A DNA stretch of 64,000 bases from Thermodesulfobacteriota bacterium (GTDB taxonomy: Bacteria > Desulfobacterota > WTBG01 > CAIYCZ01 > CAIRTM01). The stretch lies in the NCBI GenBank assembly GCA_028282925.1, contig JANQGV010000091.1, positions 4,748 through 68,747 on the forward strand. The letters run 5' to 3'. The notes under the pieces are model-generated. The model worked only from the letters and a program-made list of their open reading frames with translations. It was not told where the DNA came from and did no database searches. A program made the translations under genes and the position numbers. This document shows, in pieces, positions 1 to 9,551 of this stretch. Numbering within the stretch: position 1 is the first letter of the stretch; each line of letters starts with the position of its first letter.

Positions 1-28
1 GTTTGGGCATGGTTACATTTGTTGCCAT
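1..28 (-). CDS. 5' end (9 codons, MATNVTMPK) of a second lipoyl-domain protein gene running off the window; likely an E3 with an N-terminal lipoyl domain or a second E2 (partial)
   Basis: The reverse complement of 1-28 reads ATGGCAACAAATGTAACCATGCCCAAAC, identical over 25 nt to the start of the E2 gene at 1534. An AAGGAG ribosome-binding site sits 12 nt upstream, at 35-40. Confidence 0.35.
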
Positions 29-130
29 ATCTTCATACTCCTTTTTCTATTAATCAGACATTCGGAATTTACATCAGCACAACACAATGATTTTAACAAT
101 TCCAGACTTATCGTCGGCTGAAAAGCTTGA

Positions 131-1534
131 TTACGCCAGCGTCATCATCGGGTCTTCCATGTACTCTTTCAGTGTCTGCATAAACCGTCCGGCGTCGGCA
201 CCGTCGATAGTCCGGTGGTCATACGTCAGGGACAGATTCATCATAGGCCTGATAACGATCTGCTTGTCGATTACTACAGGCGTATCCTTAATGGTACCGA
301 CACCAAGAATCGCGTTTTCCGGCTGGTTGATGATGGCCGTAAACACATCCGTGCCGAACATACCCATGGCAGATACCGTAAAGGTACCACCGGTCATCTG
401 GTCGGGTCCGAGCTTGCCGTTGCGGCCCTTGTCGATCATGTCGACGCGGTCCTTGGCGACCTCGATAATGGACTTTTTGTCTGTGGTTTTGATTACCGGA
501 ACAACCAGACCGGTCTTGATGGCCATTGCCATACCGACATTGATGTCGTCCAGATACATAATGCCCTGACCCTCTACCCAGCGGGTATTGATAACCGGGT
601 GCTGACGCAGTGCCATGGCGGTCAGCTTCAGCATAAAGTCGGTAATGGTTACACGGATACCGTGCTTTTTCTCTGCCGGTTTCAGCAGCTTGGCGCGGAA
701 ATTCTGGATCGCCGTTGCATCGATGGCATAGGTCATATATGCCATTGCAGCCTCGTTGCAACTCTGCAGCATCTTGCGGGCGATAACCTTGCGCATGCCG
801 GAAAGCTTTTCCAGTTTGTCGTTGGGTCCCATTCCGGGAACTTCCGCCGGTGCCGCCTTTTTGTCTGCAGCCGCAGCAGCAGGTGCTGCTTTCTGGGCGG
901 CCATAAATGCCTCTACGTCGGCTTTCATGATCTTGCCGTTCACGCCGCTGCCGGTAATCTGGGTCAGATCCAGGTCGTTGGCATCGGCCATTTTCTTGGC
1001 CACCGGCGTAATGCGGATTTTGTTGGATGCCAAGTATTCTTCAACATCGCTCTTCGTCACGCGGCCTTCGGGGCCGGTACCGGGCACCAGGCTGATATCG
1101 ATATCGGCATCGCGGGCCATTTTCTTGGCAAGCGGGGAAGCCTTCACGCGTTCGCCCGGAGCACGATCGGGTGCTGCTGCCGGGGCTGCGGGAGCTGCGG
1201 CCTCTGCAGCAGGTGCTGCGGCTTCTGCCGGGGCTGCTTCTGCGGCAGGTGCTGCGGCTGCAGCGCCGCCTTCGGCGCATACTTTGTCGTAGTCGGCCTT
1301 GTCGGCCGCAATGATACCGATCAGCTCAGCTACCGGAACTTCGTCTTCAACCGGCACGATTATATGCAGCAGGCCGGTTGCCGGAGATTCCACCTCGTAG
1401 GTGATCTTCTCGGTTTCAACAATCAGAAGGATTTCACCCTCTTTAATTTCACCGCCTTCGTCAACTTTCCATTCGTTGATCTTACCTGTCTCCATGGAAA
1501 GCCCGAGTTTCGGCATGGTTACATTTGTTGCCAT
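131..1534 (-). CDS. Dihydrolipoamide acyltransferase (E2) of an acetoin/pyruvate-type 2-oxoacid dehydrogenase complex
   Basis: 467-aa ORF. N-terminal lipoyl domain (VETEKITYEVESPATG, with the lipoyl lysine). Ala/Pro-rich linker, peripheral subunit-binding domain, and a C-terminal catalytic domain ending in the DHRTIDGADAGRF motif. GGAGTT ribosome-binding site before the ATG. Confidence 0.9.
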   Translation of the reverse strand: MATNVTMPKLGLSMETGKINEWKVDEGGEIKEGEILLIVETEKITYEVESPATGLLHIIVPVEDEVPVAELIGIIAADKADYDKVCAEGGAAAAAPAAEAAPAEAAAPAAEAAAPAAPAAAPDRAPGERVKASPLAKKMARDADIDISLVPGTGPEGRVTKSDVEEYLASNKIRITPVAKKMADANDLDLTQITGSGVNGKIMKADVEAFMAAQKAAPAAAAADKKAAPAEVPGMGPNDKLEKLSGMRKVIARKMLQSCNEAAMAYMTYAIDATAIQNFRAKLLKPAEKKHGIRVTITDFMLKLTAMALRQHPVINTRWVEGQGIMYLDDINVGMAMAIKTGLVVPVIKTTDKKSIIEVAKDRVDMIDKGRNGKLGPDQMTGGTFTVSAMGMFGTDVFTAIINQPENAILGVGTIKDTPVVIDKQIVIRPMMNLSLTYDHRTIDGADAGRFMQTLKEYMEDPMMTLA

Positions 1535-1587
1535 ATGAACTCCTTTCCTTAATACATCACATGCTCAATCGCAGATGTACCGTTCAG

Positions 1588-2568
1588 TTATCCCATAATT
1601 TCTTTAACTTTGGTGACCAGCTTGTCTGCGTTGGGAAAATATTCCTTCTCAAGTGCAGGCTGAAAAGCAATGTGGGTAAACGGAGCGGCAACACGTGCTA
1701 CCGGCGCATCCAGCCAATCGAACATTGTTTCCTGCAGGTCTGCTGCAACTTCGGCACCGATACCCATGATTTTCTTGGCCTCATGCATAATCACGCACCG
1801 GTTGGTTTTCTTCACGGAAGCATAAATTGTTTCCATATCGAGCGGGTTGACGGTCAGCAGGTCGATAAGCTCGGCCTTGATGCCTTCCCCTTCCAGGGTT
1901 TTACAGGCCTTCTCAGCCTCGCCGCGCAGGCGGCCGACGGTAATAATGGTTACATCGCTGCCCTCGATGGCAACTTCGGCCTTGCCGATGGGAGTAATCA
2001 CATCGTCACCCTCGGGAATTTCCTGTTTCAGGCCGTAGGAAGAAAGGGGCTCAATGTAGAGTACCGGGTTATCGTCGCGGATGGCAGCCTTCATCAGGCC
2101 CTTGGCGGTAAGCGGCGTGCTGGGCATAACAACTTTCATACCCGGCATGCAGGCAAACCAGCTCTCAAGCGATGATGAATGGTGCGGGCCGGCGCCGAAA
2201 CCGCCGGCGGTCATAGCGCGTACGACAAAGGGCTGCTTAACCTGGCCGCCGAACATCCAGCGCATCTTGGAACCCTGGTTGTAAAATTCTTCAACAACCA
2301 GCGTGATAAAGTTCATAAACATGATTTCGGCTACGGGCCGCAGGCCGGAGGCTGCCGCGCCACAGCACAGACCAACGATTGCGCCTTCGCTGATGGGAGT
2401 ATCTACGGCACGCTCGGCGCCGAATTCATCGATAAGACCGCGGGTTACGCCGAAAGGGCCGCCCGGCTTTCCAACGTCTTCACCGATTATAAATACGTTG
2501 GGGTCTCTACGCATCTCTTCTGCAATGGCATGATTGATTGCCCACTGAAATTTTACAGGTTTAGCCAT
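1588..2568 (-). CDS. 2-oxoacid dehydrogenase E1 component beta subunit (transketolase-like; AcoB/PdhB type)
   Basis: 326-aa ORF. It begins MAKPVKFQWAINHAIAEEM...GEDVG, the conserved N-terminus of E1beta subunits. It lies directly upstream of E2 in the same orientation. Confidence 0.9.
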   Translation of the reverse strand: MAKPVKFQWAINHAIAEEMRRDPNVFIIGEDVGKPGGPFGVTRGLIDEFGAERAVDTPISEGAIVGLCCGAAASGLRPVAEIMFMNFITLVVEEFYNQGSKMRWMFGGQVKQPFVVRAMTAGGFGAGPHHSSSLESWFACMPGMKVVMPSTPLTAKGLMKAAIRDDNPVLYIEPLSSYGLKQEIPEGDDVITPIGKAEVAIEGSDVTIITVGRLRGEAEKACKTLEGEGIKAELIDLLTVNPLDMETIYASVKKTNRCVIMHEAKKIMGIGAEVAADLQETMFDWLDAPVARVAAPFTHIAFQPALEKEYFPNADKLVTKVKEIMG

Positions 2569-2633
2569 GTATCTATCCTCCAGTAAATAAATTGATTACA
2601 CTCTATGCTTGGTTCAATTGTATACAGCCGATG

Positions 2634-3593
2634 TTATGCAAGAATTTCCTTGTAGAGCTCTTCAACATCGGGCTGCGGGCTCTTGCGGGCAAAATCAACT
2701 GCTCCTTCAACCGCCTTTGTTGCCTCGTCCTTGATAGCCTTGATTCCCTTGGCATCAAGCACGCCCTCTTTTTTCAGTTTTTTCTCAAACAGGTCGATGG
2801 GGTCTTTCTTTTTCCATTTTTCCAGCTCACCATCGGGACGGTAGTCGCAGGGGTCGCCTTCAAAGTGACCGTGGTGACGATAGGTTTTGGCCTCGATCAG
2901 ATACGGCCCTTTGCCGGAGCGGCAGTGCTTGATGGCCTTGTTTGCTTCTGCGAATACCGCTTCGATATCGTTTCCGTCCACGATCACGCCGGGAGCGCCG
3001 TAACCGGCCGCACGGTCGGAAACGTTCTCGATGGCGATATGGTCGGACTTGGGGGTCATCTGGGCATACAGGTTGATGCTGCAGACAAAGATCAGCGGGA
3101 GCTTGAGAACGGCGGCCATGTTGAATGATTCATGGAATGCGCCGGTTCCGGTGGCACCTTCGCCGAAGAACACTGCGGTTACGTTGTCGGTTTTCTGATA
3201 TTTCTGGGCGAATGCGGTACCCAGTGCTATACGCATACCTTCGCCAACGATACCGTTGGAGCCCATGCAGCCGGTCTTGACGTCGGCAAAGTGCATGGAG
3301 CCGGCGCGGCCTTTACAGCATCCGTCGATACGGCCGAACAGCTCGGCCATCATGGGGTTCAGGTCGGCGCCCTTGGCAATAATACAGCCGTGGCCGCGGT
3401 GGGTGGTGTAAATAGCATCTTCAAGACGCATGGCACCGCATACGCCTGCGGCAACCGCTTCCTCGCCCTGGGAGAGATGCAGAAAACCCGGCATATCACC
3501 ACTTGCGAAATTTACTGTCGTAAGGTCCTCAAACGTTCTGACGCGGACCATGCGCGTAAACAGGTCAATCTTGGTCTCTTTGCTAATTTTCAT
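2634..3593 (-). CDS. 2-oxoacid dehydrogenase E1 component alpha subunit (TPP-dependent; AcoA/PdhA type)
   Basis: 319-aa ORF with a TPP-binding GDG...N region and the YRHHGHFEGDP phosphorylation-loop-like motif typical of heterotetrameric E1alpha. First gene of the operon. Confidence 0.9.
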   Translation of the reverse strand: MKISKETKIDLFTRMVRVRTFEDLTTVNFASGDMPGFLHLSQGEEAVAAGVCGAMRLEDAIYTTHRGHGCIIAKGADLNPMMAELFGRIDGCCKGRAGSMHFADVKTGCMGSNGIVGEGMRIALGTAFAQKYQKTDNVTAVFFGEGATGTGAFHESFNMAAVLKLPLIFVCSINLYAQMTPKSDHIAIENVSDRAAGYGAPGVIVDGNDIEAVFAEANKAIKHCRSGKGPYLIEAKTYRHHGHFEGDPCDYRPDGELEKWKKKDPIDLFEKKLKKEGVLDAKGIKAIKDEATKAVEGAVDFARKSPQPDVEELYKEILA

Positions 3594-3720
3594 CTAAAAT
3601 CCTCCACATACAATAATTAATTAACGATACATCTTATACGCATAGTGCTTAAAACCGGAACCCCTGGAACTGCAGGTCCCGGTTTTACGTATGCAACTCT
3701 ATCTATTGCTGAAAACAACC

Positions 3721-4131
3721 TTAGGGAACGATAATCTCGGCCGACCCGCGTGCACAGGCATTTCCGTCCTGATCCTGAATCTGCATGTCGCATACCAGAG
3801 AGTTATCCGTTTTTTCCTTAACCACCAGGTTGCTTGAGATGGTCATACCGGGTTTCACCGGTGCCCGGAACTGCAGTTCAATAGTAGTTCCTTCGGCCGG
3901 CCAGGTTTTGCCCTGGATTGCACAAATGGCCTGCATCACCGGCTCAACGTTGATGGTTCCGTGGGCAATGGTGGACCCACCGAACATCTCATTGCTTTTC
4001 ATGGCTTCAACATCTACATGGAGCGTATTATAATCGCCGCAGATATCGGCATAATCGTTGATCAACTGCTGATCAACCGAAATAGTTTTTGAGGGAAGCG
4101 TATCACCTACATTAATGCTTGCAATATCCAT
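3721..4131 (-). CDS. MaoC-like (R)-specific enoyl-CoA hydratase/dehydratase, hotdog fold
   Basis: 136-aa ORF. The motif segment DYADICGDYNTLHVDVEAMK...FGGSTIAHG matches the MaoC dehydratase signature. Confidence 0.8.
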   Translation of the reverse strand: MDIASINVGDTLPSKTISVDQQLINDYADICGDYNTLHVDVEAMKSNEMFGGSTIAHGTINVEPVMQAICAIQGKTWPAEGTTIELQFRAPVKPGMTISSNLVVKEKTDNSLVCDMQIQDQDGNACARGSAEIIVP

Positions 4132-4157
4132 TGTTTCCTCCTTATATCGAGAAAAAT

Positions 4158-4634
4158 TTATTTCATGGTTCTTGGCAACAAGAAACTCATCACGATGTCG
4201 GTAATCTTCTCACCGTCCTGGTTGGTGGCGCTCATGTTCACATACAGGAACTTGGTTACGCGCACTTTGCCGTCTTTCTCTTTGGTAACTTCCTTTTTGT
4301 CGGCAATGGAAAGCTTGGTGGTGATGGTGTCGCCGATCTTGGCCGGTTTGTGAAAGGTGATTTTGTCACCGGCGCGTACGGCCTGGTCGATAAATACTCT
4401 GCGGTCCCAGCAGATGCGCAATCCGAAAATATAAATCATGCCCACCGGAACGTTTTCAGCGCCGGTATTGGAATCGCCCATCAGCTTTGCAAACTTTTCA
4501 ACTTCTTCCTGGGTAATCTTATAGGTTCCGCCGCCACAATCCCAGCCGGACTCCATCTCCGCAAAGGTGAGATCAGCAAGCATCTTGTCGGATCCGAAAT
4601 TGGTAATTAAATCGGTATTGAATTTCTGTTCCAT
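4158..4634 (-). CDS. MaoC N-terminal-like hotdog-fold protein (partner of the downstream MaoC dehydratase)
   Basis: The ORF spans 4158-4697, but I place the start at the internal ATG at 4634 (MEQKFNTD), which is preceded by a GGAGG ribosome-binding site. Hotdog-like beta-rich sequence. It is directly adjacent to the MaoC gene. Confidence 0.65.
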   Translation of the reverse strand: MEQKFNTDLITNFGSDKMLADLTFAEMESGWDCGGGTYKITQEEVEKFAKLMGDSNTGAENVPVGMIYIFGLRICWDRRVFIDQAVRAGDKITFHKPAKIGDTITTKLSIADKKEVTKEKDGKVRVTKFLYVNMSATNQDGEKITDIVMSFLLPRTMK

Positions 4635-4850
4635 TTTTCTTGCCTCCCTAGAAGGTCGTTTATAATGACACCATTTCCATCCCACCGGTAACGGCATACA
4701 GCCTGGTAACGATGCATATTAGTAAGCTCTGGCAACCGGGTAAGTGCGGTAATAACTGCTGCAATCAGAATGGAAATGTGTGCGGGACATCAGTTGTTCA
4801 AAAAAAGTTGATCTCCCGCCCTGAAAGCGGGAGATCAACAGTGCTCATCG

Positions 4851-6104
4851 TTAGTAAGACTTCTTCTGTCCCAGCATCACCTGACCGATGAAGCTCTTTG
4901 ACATCTCGTTTGTAATCGGAGCAAATACCAGCTGACGGATATCGCGATAGTACCGCTGGATATGGTATTCCATGGTAAAACCGTATCCGGCCAGGATTCT
5001 CATTGCACGGTCGGTGCAACGGAAAGCGGCATCGGAGGTGTACATTTTAGCCATACTGGCGATAACGCCGTTTGCCATATCGGTCGGGTTGGCAGCCTGC
5101 ATCCAGGCGGCTTTGTACGTAATCAGGCGTGAAAGTTCAATCTCGGTCGCCATTTCGGCCAGCTGATGCTGGATGGCCTGGAACTGCCCGATCGGTTTAC
5201 CGAAGGCCTCACGCTCGATTGCGTACTGGTTGGCTTCTTCCAGGCAGCCCTGGGCCAGACCGACACAAATTGCGGCGCATACGATACGTTCGTTATTCAA
5301 GGTTGCAAGCAGGTTGTACCAGCCTTTACCGCGATCACCAAGGACAGTTTCCTTGGCGAGCTTCACGTCTTCGTAGGAAACCTCGAAGGATGCCAGGATG
5401 TGGCTTCCGAGCTTTTTAATTTTGTGATACGTCAGACCCTCGGTAAACTTCTGGTTCAGCAGGTCACCGTCGATTTCCTGCTGGCCGGGATTGTCACGGT
5501 CGATCAGGAAAATGGTCAGACCCTTGGCGGGCTTGCCTTCAACATCGTCGGTACGGCAAATGAATACGATGGTGTTTGCGGCATGCAGACCGGTGGTGAA
5601 AATCTTTGTTCCATTGGCGATAAAGGAGCCGTCAGGCTGCTCAACTGCGCGGGATTTCAGGGCGCCGAGGATATCGGTACCACCGCCCGGCTCGGTCAGT
5701 GACAGGGCAAAGTTCCAGTCGCCGGCAATAAGAGGCGGCAGATATTTCTGTTTCTGTTCTTCGGTTCCATAGTGGAGAATCGACATACCGCCGAAGCATA
5801 CACCGGTCAGATAGGCCAGACCCATGGCGGAGAAACTGTTGGAGATTTCTTCAGTGATCAGGGTTTCATCAACGATGTTACCACCGGTTCCGCCATACTC
5901 TTCAGGAAAGCAAGCACCCAGAATACCTTCATTACCGAGTTTTTTCCAGACATCTACCGGAAAATGGTTTTCCTCGTCCCATTCGGCGATTTTTTCTTTG
6001 GGGCATTCTTTTTCTTTGAACTTTTTGAGCATATCGATCATCATTTTTCGCTCATCGCTCAGGCCAAAATCAATCGGAATCAAATAATCTGCTTGCAAAC
6101 TCAT
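4851..6104 (-). CDS. Acyl-CoA dehydrogenase family protein
   Basis: The ORF spans 4851-6128. The start at 6104 (MSLQADY) is preceded by AAAGGAGA. Acyl-CoA dehydrogenase N, middle and C-terminal domain pattern (GGTDI, FAPITNEM-like C-terminus). Confidence 0.85.
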   Translation of the reverse strand: MSLQADYLIPIDFGLSDERKMMIDMLKKFKEKECPKEKIAEWDEENHFPVDVWKKLGNEGILGACFPEEYGGTGGNIVDETLITEEISNSFSAMGLAYLTGVCFGGMSILHYGTEEQKQKYLPPLIAGDWNFALSLTEPGGGTDILGALKSRAVEQPDGSFIANGTKIFTTGLHAANTIVFICRTDDVEGKPAKGLTIFLIDRDNPGQQEIDGDLLNQKFTEGLTYHKIKKLGSHILASFEVSYEDVKLAKETVLGDRGKGWYNLLATLNNERIVCAAICVGLAQGCLEEANQYAIEREAFGKPIGQFQAIQHQLAEMATEIELSRLITYKAAWMQAANPTDMANGVIASMAKMYTSDAAFRCTDRAMRILAGYGFTMEYHIQRYYRDIRQLVFAPITNEMSKSFIGQVMLGQKKSY

Positions 6105-6567
6105 AATGATTCTCCTTTCATAAAACAAATAACGTTTTTTAAAACTACCAAGCCTCTTGCTTTAATTTCGTTGTTGTGCCCCGATTATTCTACGTAAGTA
6201 CATATGGTATAGGAGCACAATACATACCAAAAATCCCATTGCGAAAAATCATTATTGCCATGGGATTACAATCAGTTACAGATAGAAAGCATCCCCCTGA
6301 TACTTAATGAACGCTAACCGGAGTGACAATCTGGCAAAAAGGCCGTTTCCCAACCCGCACAGCTGACATATTGACACTACCCTTTACGCCCTAAACACTA
6401 CATAAAACAAAGGATTCTGATACCATTCAGTCTTTTTTTTGTCAAGGAATTTAAGCAAGGCGGAAAATCCCTTCAAGTGGAGAAAAACAGGCGCTATTCG
6501 GTCAAAACAACGCCCTGAAAACCGGTCCGAGAACCCATTGCAAACCCCAAGCTGACCCCTGTCGGCA

Positions 6568-6891
6568 CTAGCACTTTCTTGTAACGTCGGCTATCCAGCT
6601 CATATATTCTGGAGAGCCGTCTTTGATAGGTACAAAGACGATCTCCGGCACATCATATGAGTGCAGCCGTTTTACTTCCGCACTCAGCTCCGGAAAAAGC
6701 GCTTCGGTTGTTTTGGCGGTAAACAGCACTTCCGGATCGTCACACACCTTGCCGTCCCACCAGTACAGCGACCGGATGTCGGAAACAATCTGCACACAGG
6801 CCGCCAGGCGCTTCTCAACCAGGCTTTTAGCAATTGTTTCAGCCTCTTCGCGCTTGGCCGCAGTCATGAACACAATTCCGCAATCGGACAT
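6568..6891 (-). CDS. cutA: Divalent-cation tolerance protein CutA
   Basis: About 107 aa. The motifs AACVQI...SLYWWDGKV...E....KTT...HSYDVPEI are diagnostic of CutA1. Confidence 0.85.
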   Translation of the reverse strand: MSDCGIVFMTAAKREEAETIAKSLVEKRLAACVQIVSDIRSLYWWDGKVCDDPEVLFTAKTTEALFPELSAEVKRLHSYDVPEIVFVPIKDGSPEYMSWIADVTRKC

Positions 6892-6955
6892 AGCACATAC
6901 TCCTTTCAATCGGTTTGCTAACGGTTCACGGCATATCGGTGCCGGATGTCGGCGC

Positions 6956-7624
6956 CTACCTGGATGTTATCAGCACGCTTCTTTTTTCGTTCTTTTCAAA
7001 CTTCTTGGCCAGGGGCTGGGCTTCTTCCATACTGTTGAACCGACCCATGCGCACCCGATAGACCGTGCCCTTACCGGCAACATGGATTTTTACAATATAC
7101 GGCTCATAGCCTTTTTCAGCCAGTTCCTCGGAAAACTGCCGGGCACTCCGGGCGCTTGAAAACGATCCGACCTGAATGGTAAATTTTCCGTGTAACGGCT
7201 TTGCACTTTTAACGGCCTTTGCCGCCGGGGGCTTTTGGGCGATTTTTTTCGGTTTTGGGGGCTGACTGCGGGGCTTTCTCTGTATTTCCAGCAGTTTCTT
7301 CCGACGATCAGCATCAATTGCATCTTCTTCGGGGCTCTTCTGCATCAGGGTTTCGAAAAAACTCAACTGCTGTTGCTGAGGTTCCTGCTCGGGTGCCGCC
7401 CGGCGGGTTGCTACAGGGGGTAACTTCTCATCGGGAGGCAACAGAGAAGCAGGCGTATCGGCTACAGTGCCTCGCCGTTTATAATGATCCAGGCCGTATC
7501 CTGCCGCAAAGAGAACCCCGGCCACCGCTCCGCACAGCAGGCATATCCGCATAAGCCGCAGCACTTCTTTCAGGCGTGATTTTTTTTTCAATTTGCTCTT
7601 ACCGCTGGAGGCTGCCATATGCAC
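6956..7624 (-). CDS. SPOR-domain (sporulation-related repeat) cell-division/peptidoglycan-binding protein
   Basis: 222-aa ORF with an N-terminal transmembrane anchor, a Pro/Lys/Gln-rich linker and a C-terminal SPOR domain (FTIQVGSFSSARSARQFSEEL...YRVRMGRFNSMEEA). It lies immediately downstream of argS, a common arrangement. Confidence 0.8.
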   Translation of the reverse strand: MHMAASSGKSKLKKKSRLKEVLRLMRICLLCGAVAGVLFAAGYGLDHYKRRGTVADTPASLLPPDEKLPPVATRRAAPEQEPQQQQLSFFETLMQKSPEEDAIDADRRKKLLEIQRKPRSQPPKPKKIAQKPPAAKAVKSAKPLHGKFTIQVGSFSSARSARQFSEELAEKGYEPYIVKIHVAGKGTVYRVRMGRFNSMEEAQPLAKKFEKNEKRSVLITSR

Positions 7625-7630
7625 TATCGG

Positions 7631-9295
7631 CTACATTTTATCAGGGGCCTGCACACCGACGAGCGACAAACCGTTCTTTAGAACGGTCTTTATTGCACCC
7701 ATAAGATACAGACGTGCCAGACTGAGCTCCTCGTGCTCCGTAATCACCCGGTGCTTGTTGTAATAGCTGTGAAACTGGCCCACCAGCTCCATTAAATACA
7801 TGGAAATACGATGCGGCTCAAAGGCCCGGGCGCTTCCGGCAATCATTTCCCCGAACTGGGAAAGTTTTTTGATCAGATCGGTCTCTTCCGGGGCGGTAAG
7901 AAGCGAAGCGTCAATGTCGGCATACGCCGGCACGGAAAACCCTTTTTCCTCGGCAAAGGCAATAATGCTGCAAATCCGGGCATGGGCGTACTGCACATAA
8001 TACACCGGGTTTTCGTCGCTCTGTTTTTTTGCAACGGCCAGGTCAAAGTCGAGCTGTGCATCCGATCTCCTGGTTAAAAACATAAACCGGGCGGCATCGC
8101 TGCCGACTTCGTCGATAACTTCCCGCAGGGTCACAAATTCCCCCGCCCGGGTGGACATGGCCACCGGTGTGCCGTCGCGCAGCAGATTGACCATCTGCAC
8201 AAGCAGCACGCTGAAGGCGTCCTGCTCGATGCCGAGTGCATCAAGGACCGCCCTGATACGCGGCACATATCCATGGTGGTCTGCGCCCCAGATGTCGATG
8301 GCCGTTTCGAAACCGCGCGTGAATTTATTCTGATGGTAGGCGATATCGGAAGCAAAGTAGGTGGTCTTGCCGTCTTCCTTGATCATCACCCGGTCCTTTT
8401 CATCCCCGTACCGGCCAGCCCGAAACCACAGGGCGCCGTCCTGTTCATAGGCGAGGTCTTTTGCTTTAAACGCCTCGATGGTCTGCTGCACCGATCCATT
8501 GTCGAAAAGCTGTTTTTCGGAAAACCACTCCTGAAACGCTACGCCGAACGCCTCAAGATCCTCTTTAATACCCTGCAGGATCGTGGACGCCGCAAATTGG
8601 GTAAAATGCGGCACCGCCTCTTCCTCGGCCATTTCCAAAAATTTGTTGCCCTGCTTCAGGATCATTTCTTTGGCAAGGTCGTAGATATAGGCGCCCCGGT
8701 ACAGGTCGTCGGGAAAATCGACATCCTTCTTGAGCAGTTCCAGATAGCGCAAATAGGTTGCTCGGCCCAGGTTCCGCATCTGCACGCCCACATCGTTGAT
8801 ATAATATTCACGCTGAACATCATACCCGGTAAAAGCCAGAATTCGGGCCAGCGCATCGCCCAGTGCAGCACCTCGGCCATGCCCGATATGCAGGGGTCCG
8901 GTCGGATTGGCACTGACGAACTCAACCAGCACCTTGCGGCCCTTGCCGATATCGGTTGCCCCGAACCGGTCGCCCGCCTTTTCAATGTCTTCGAGCACGT
9001 TGTGCCACACATCGTCCTTTACACAAAAATTGATGAACCCGGGGCCTGCGATCTCCACATTGTCGATACGCCGGTCGGCTTCATGCAGCCGGGGAGCAAG
9101 AATATCGGCAATTTCCCGCGGGGGCCGTTTTTCCGTTTTCGCCAGCACCATGGCAAGATTGGTGGCCAAATCGCCGTGGGCCTTGTTGCGCGGCATCTCA
9201 ACCACGAATTTCGGCATGTCCGTGCTTTTCAGCAGCCCTTCCTGCCGGCATTCTTCAAACACTTTCTCAAGAGCATCTCGTACAAAATCTTTCAT
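7631..9295 (-). CDS. argS: Arginine--tRNA ligase
   Basis: 554-aa ORF. HIGH-type motif (PTGPLHIGHGRGAALGD) and an Arg-tRNA synthetase N-terminal domain; the whole protein aligns to the ArgRS pattern. Confidence 0.95.
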   Translation of the reverse strand: MKDFVRDALEKVFEECRQEGLLKSTDMPKFVVEMPRNKAHGDLATNLAMVLAKTEKRPPREIADILAPRLHEADRRIDNVEIAGPGFINFCVKDDVWHNVLEDIEKAGDRFGATDIGKGRKVLVEFVSANPTGPLHIGHGRGAALGDALARILAFTGYDVQREYYINDVGVQMRNLGRATYLRYLELLKKDVDFPDDLYRGAYIYDLAKEMILKQGNKFLEMAEEEAVPHFTQFAASTILQGIKEDLEAFGVAFQEWFSEKQLFDNGSVQQTIEAFKAKDLAYEQDGALWFRAGRYGDEKDRVMIKEDGKTTYFASDIAYHQNKFTRGFETAIDIWGADHHGYVPRIRAVLDALGIEQDAFSVLLVQMVNLLRDGTPVAMSTRAGEFVTLREVIDEVGSDAARFMFLTRRSDAQLDFDLAVAKKQSDENPVYYVQYAHARICSIIAFAEEKGFSVPAYADIDASLLTAPEETDLIKKLSQFGEMIAGSARAFEPHRISMYLMELVGQFHSYYNKHRVITEHEELSLARLYLMGAIKTVLKNGLSLVGVQAPDKM

Positions 9296-9551
9296 GGTTT
9301 TTCACAGTCCCCGAATAGCAGTCGTTGAATTCATAAGGCAATCAGTTCATCAACAAAATATGTCATTTTCATATGGTTCCGCCTTTTTGTCAAGTTCTTC
9401 ATCCATGGGCGGATGGCACCGGCGCCGGTGCAAAACAATGCACAAGCCCTTGCCGACGGTGCAAAATGTATTTGTAATATGCAATGTAATATGCAAAACT
9501 TTCAAGTCTATGGAAATTACCTAAGCAAAACGGCCATCATTCCTTTTCAGC

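Noticed and set aside
215-1552. 445-aa plus-strand ORF overlapping the E2 gene
   Set aside because: It is antisense to a strongly supported lipoyl/E2 gene. The Cys/Gly/Arg-rich low-complexity translation is typical of GC-rich antisense frames.
8273-9328. 351-aa plus-strand ORF inside argS
   Set aside because: Antisense to argS, with no domain signatures and no ribosome-binding site.
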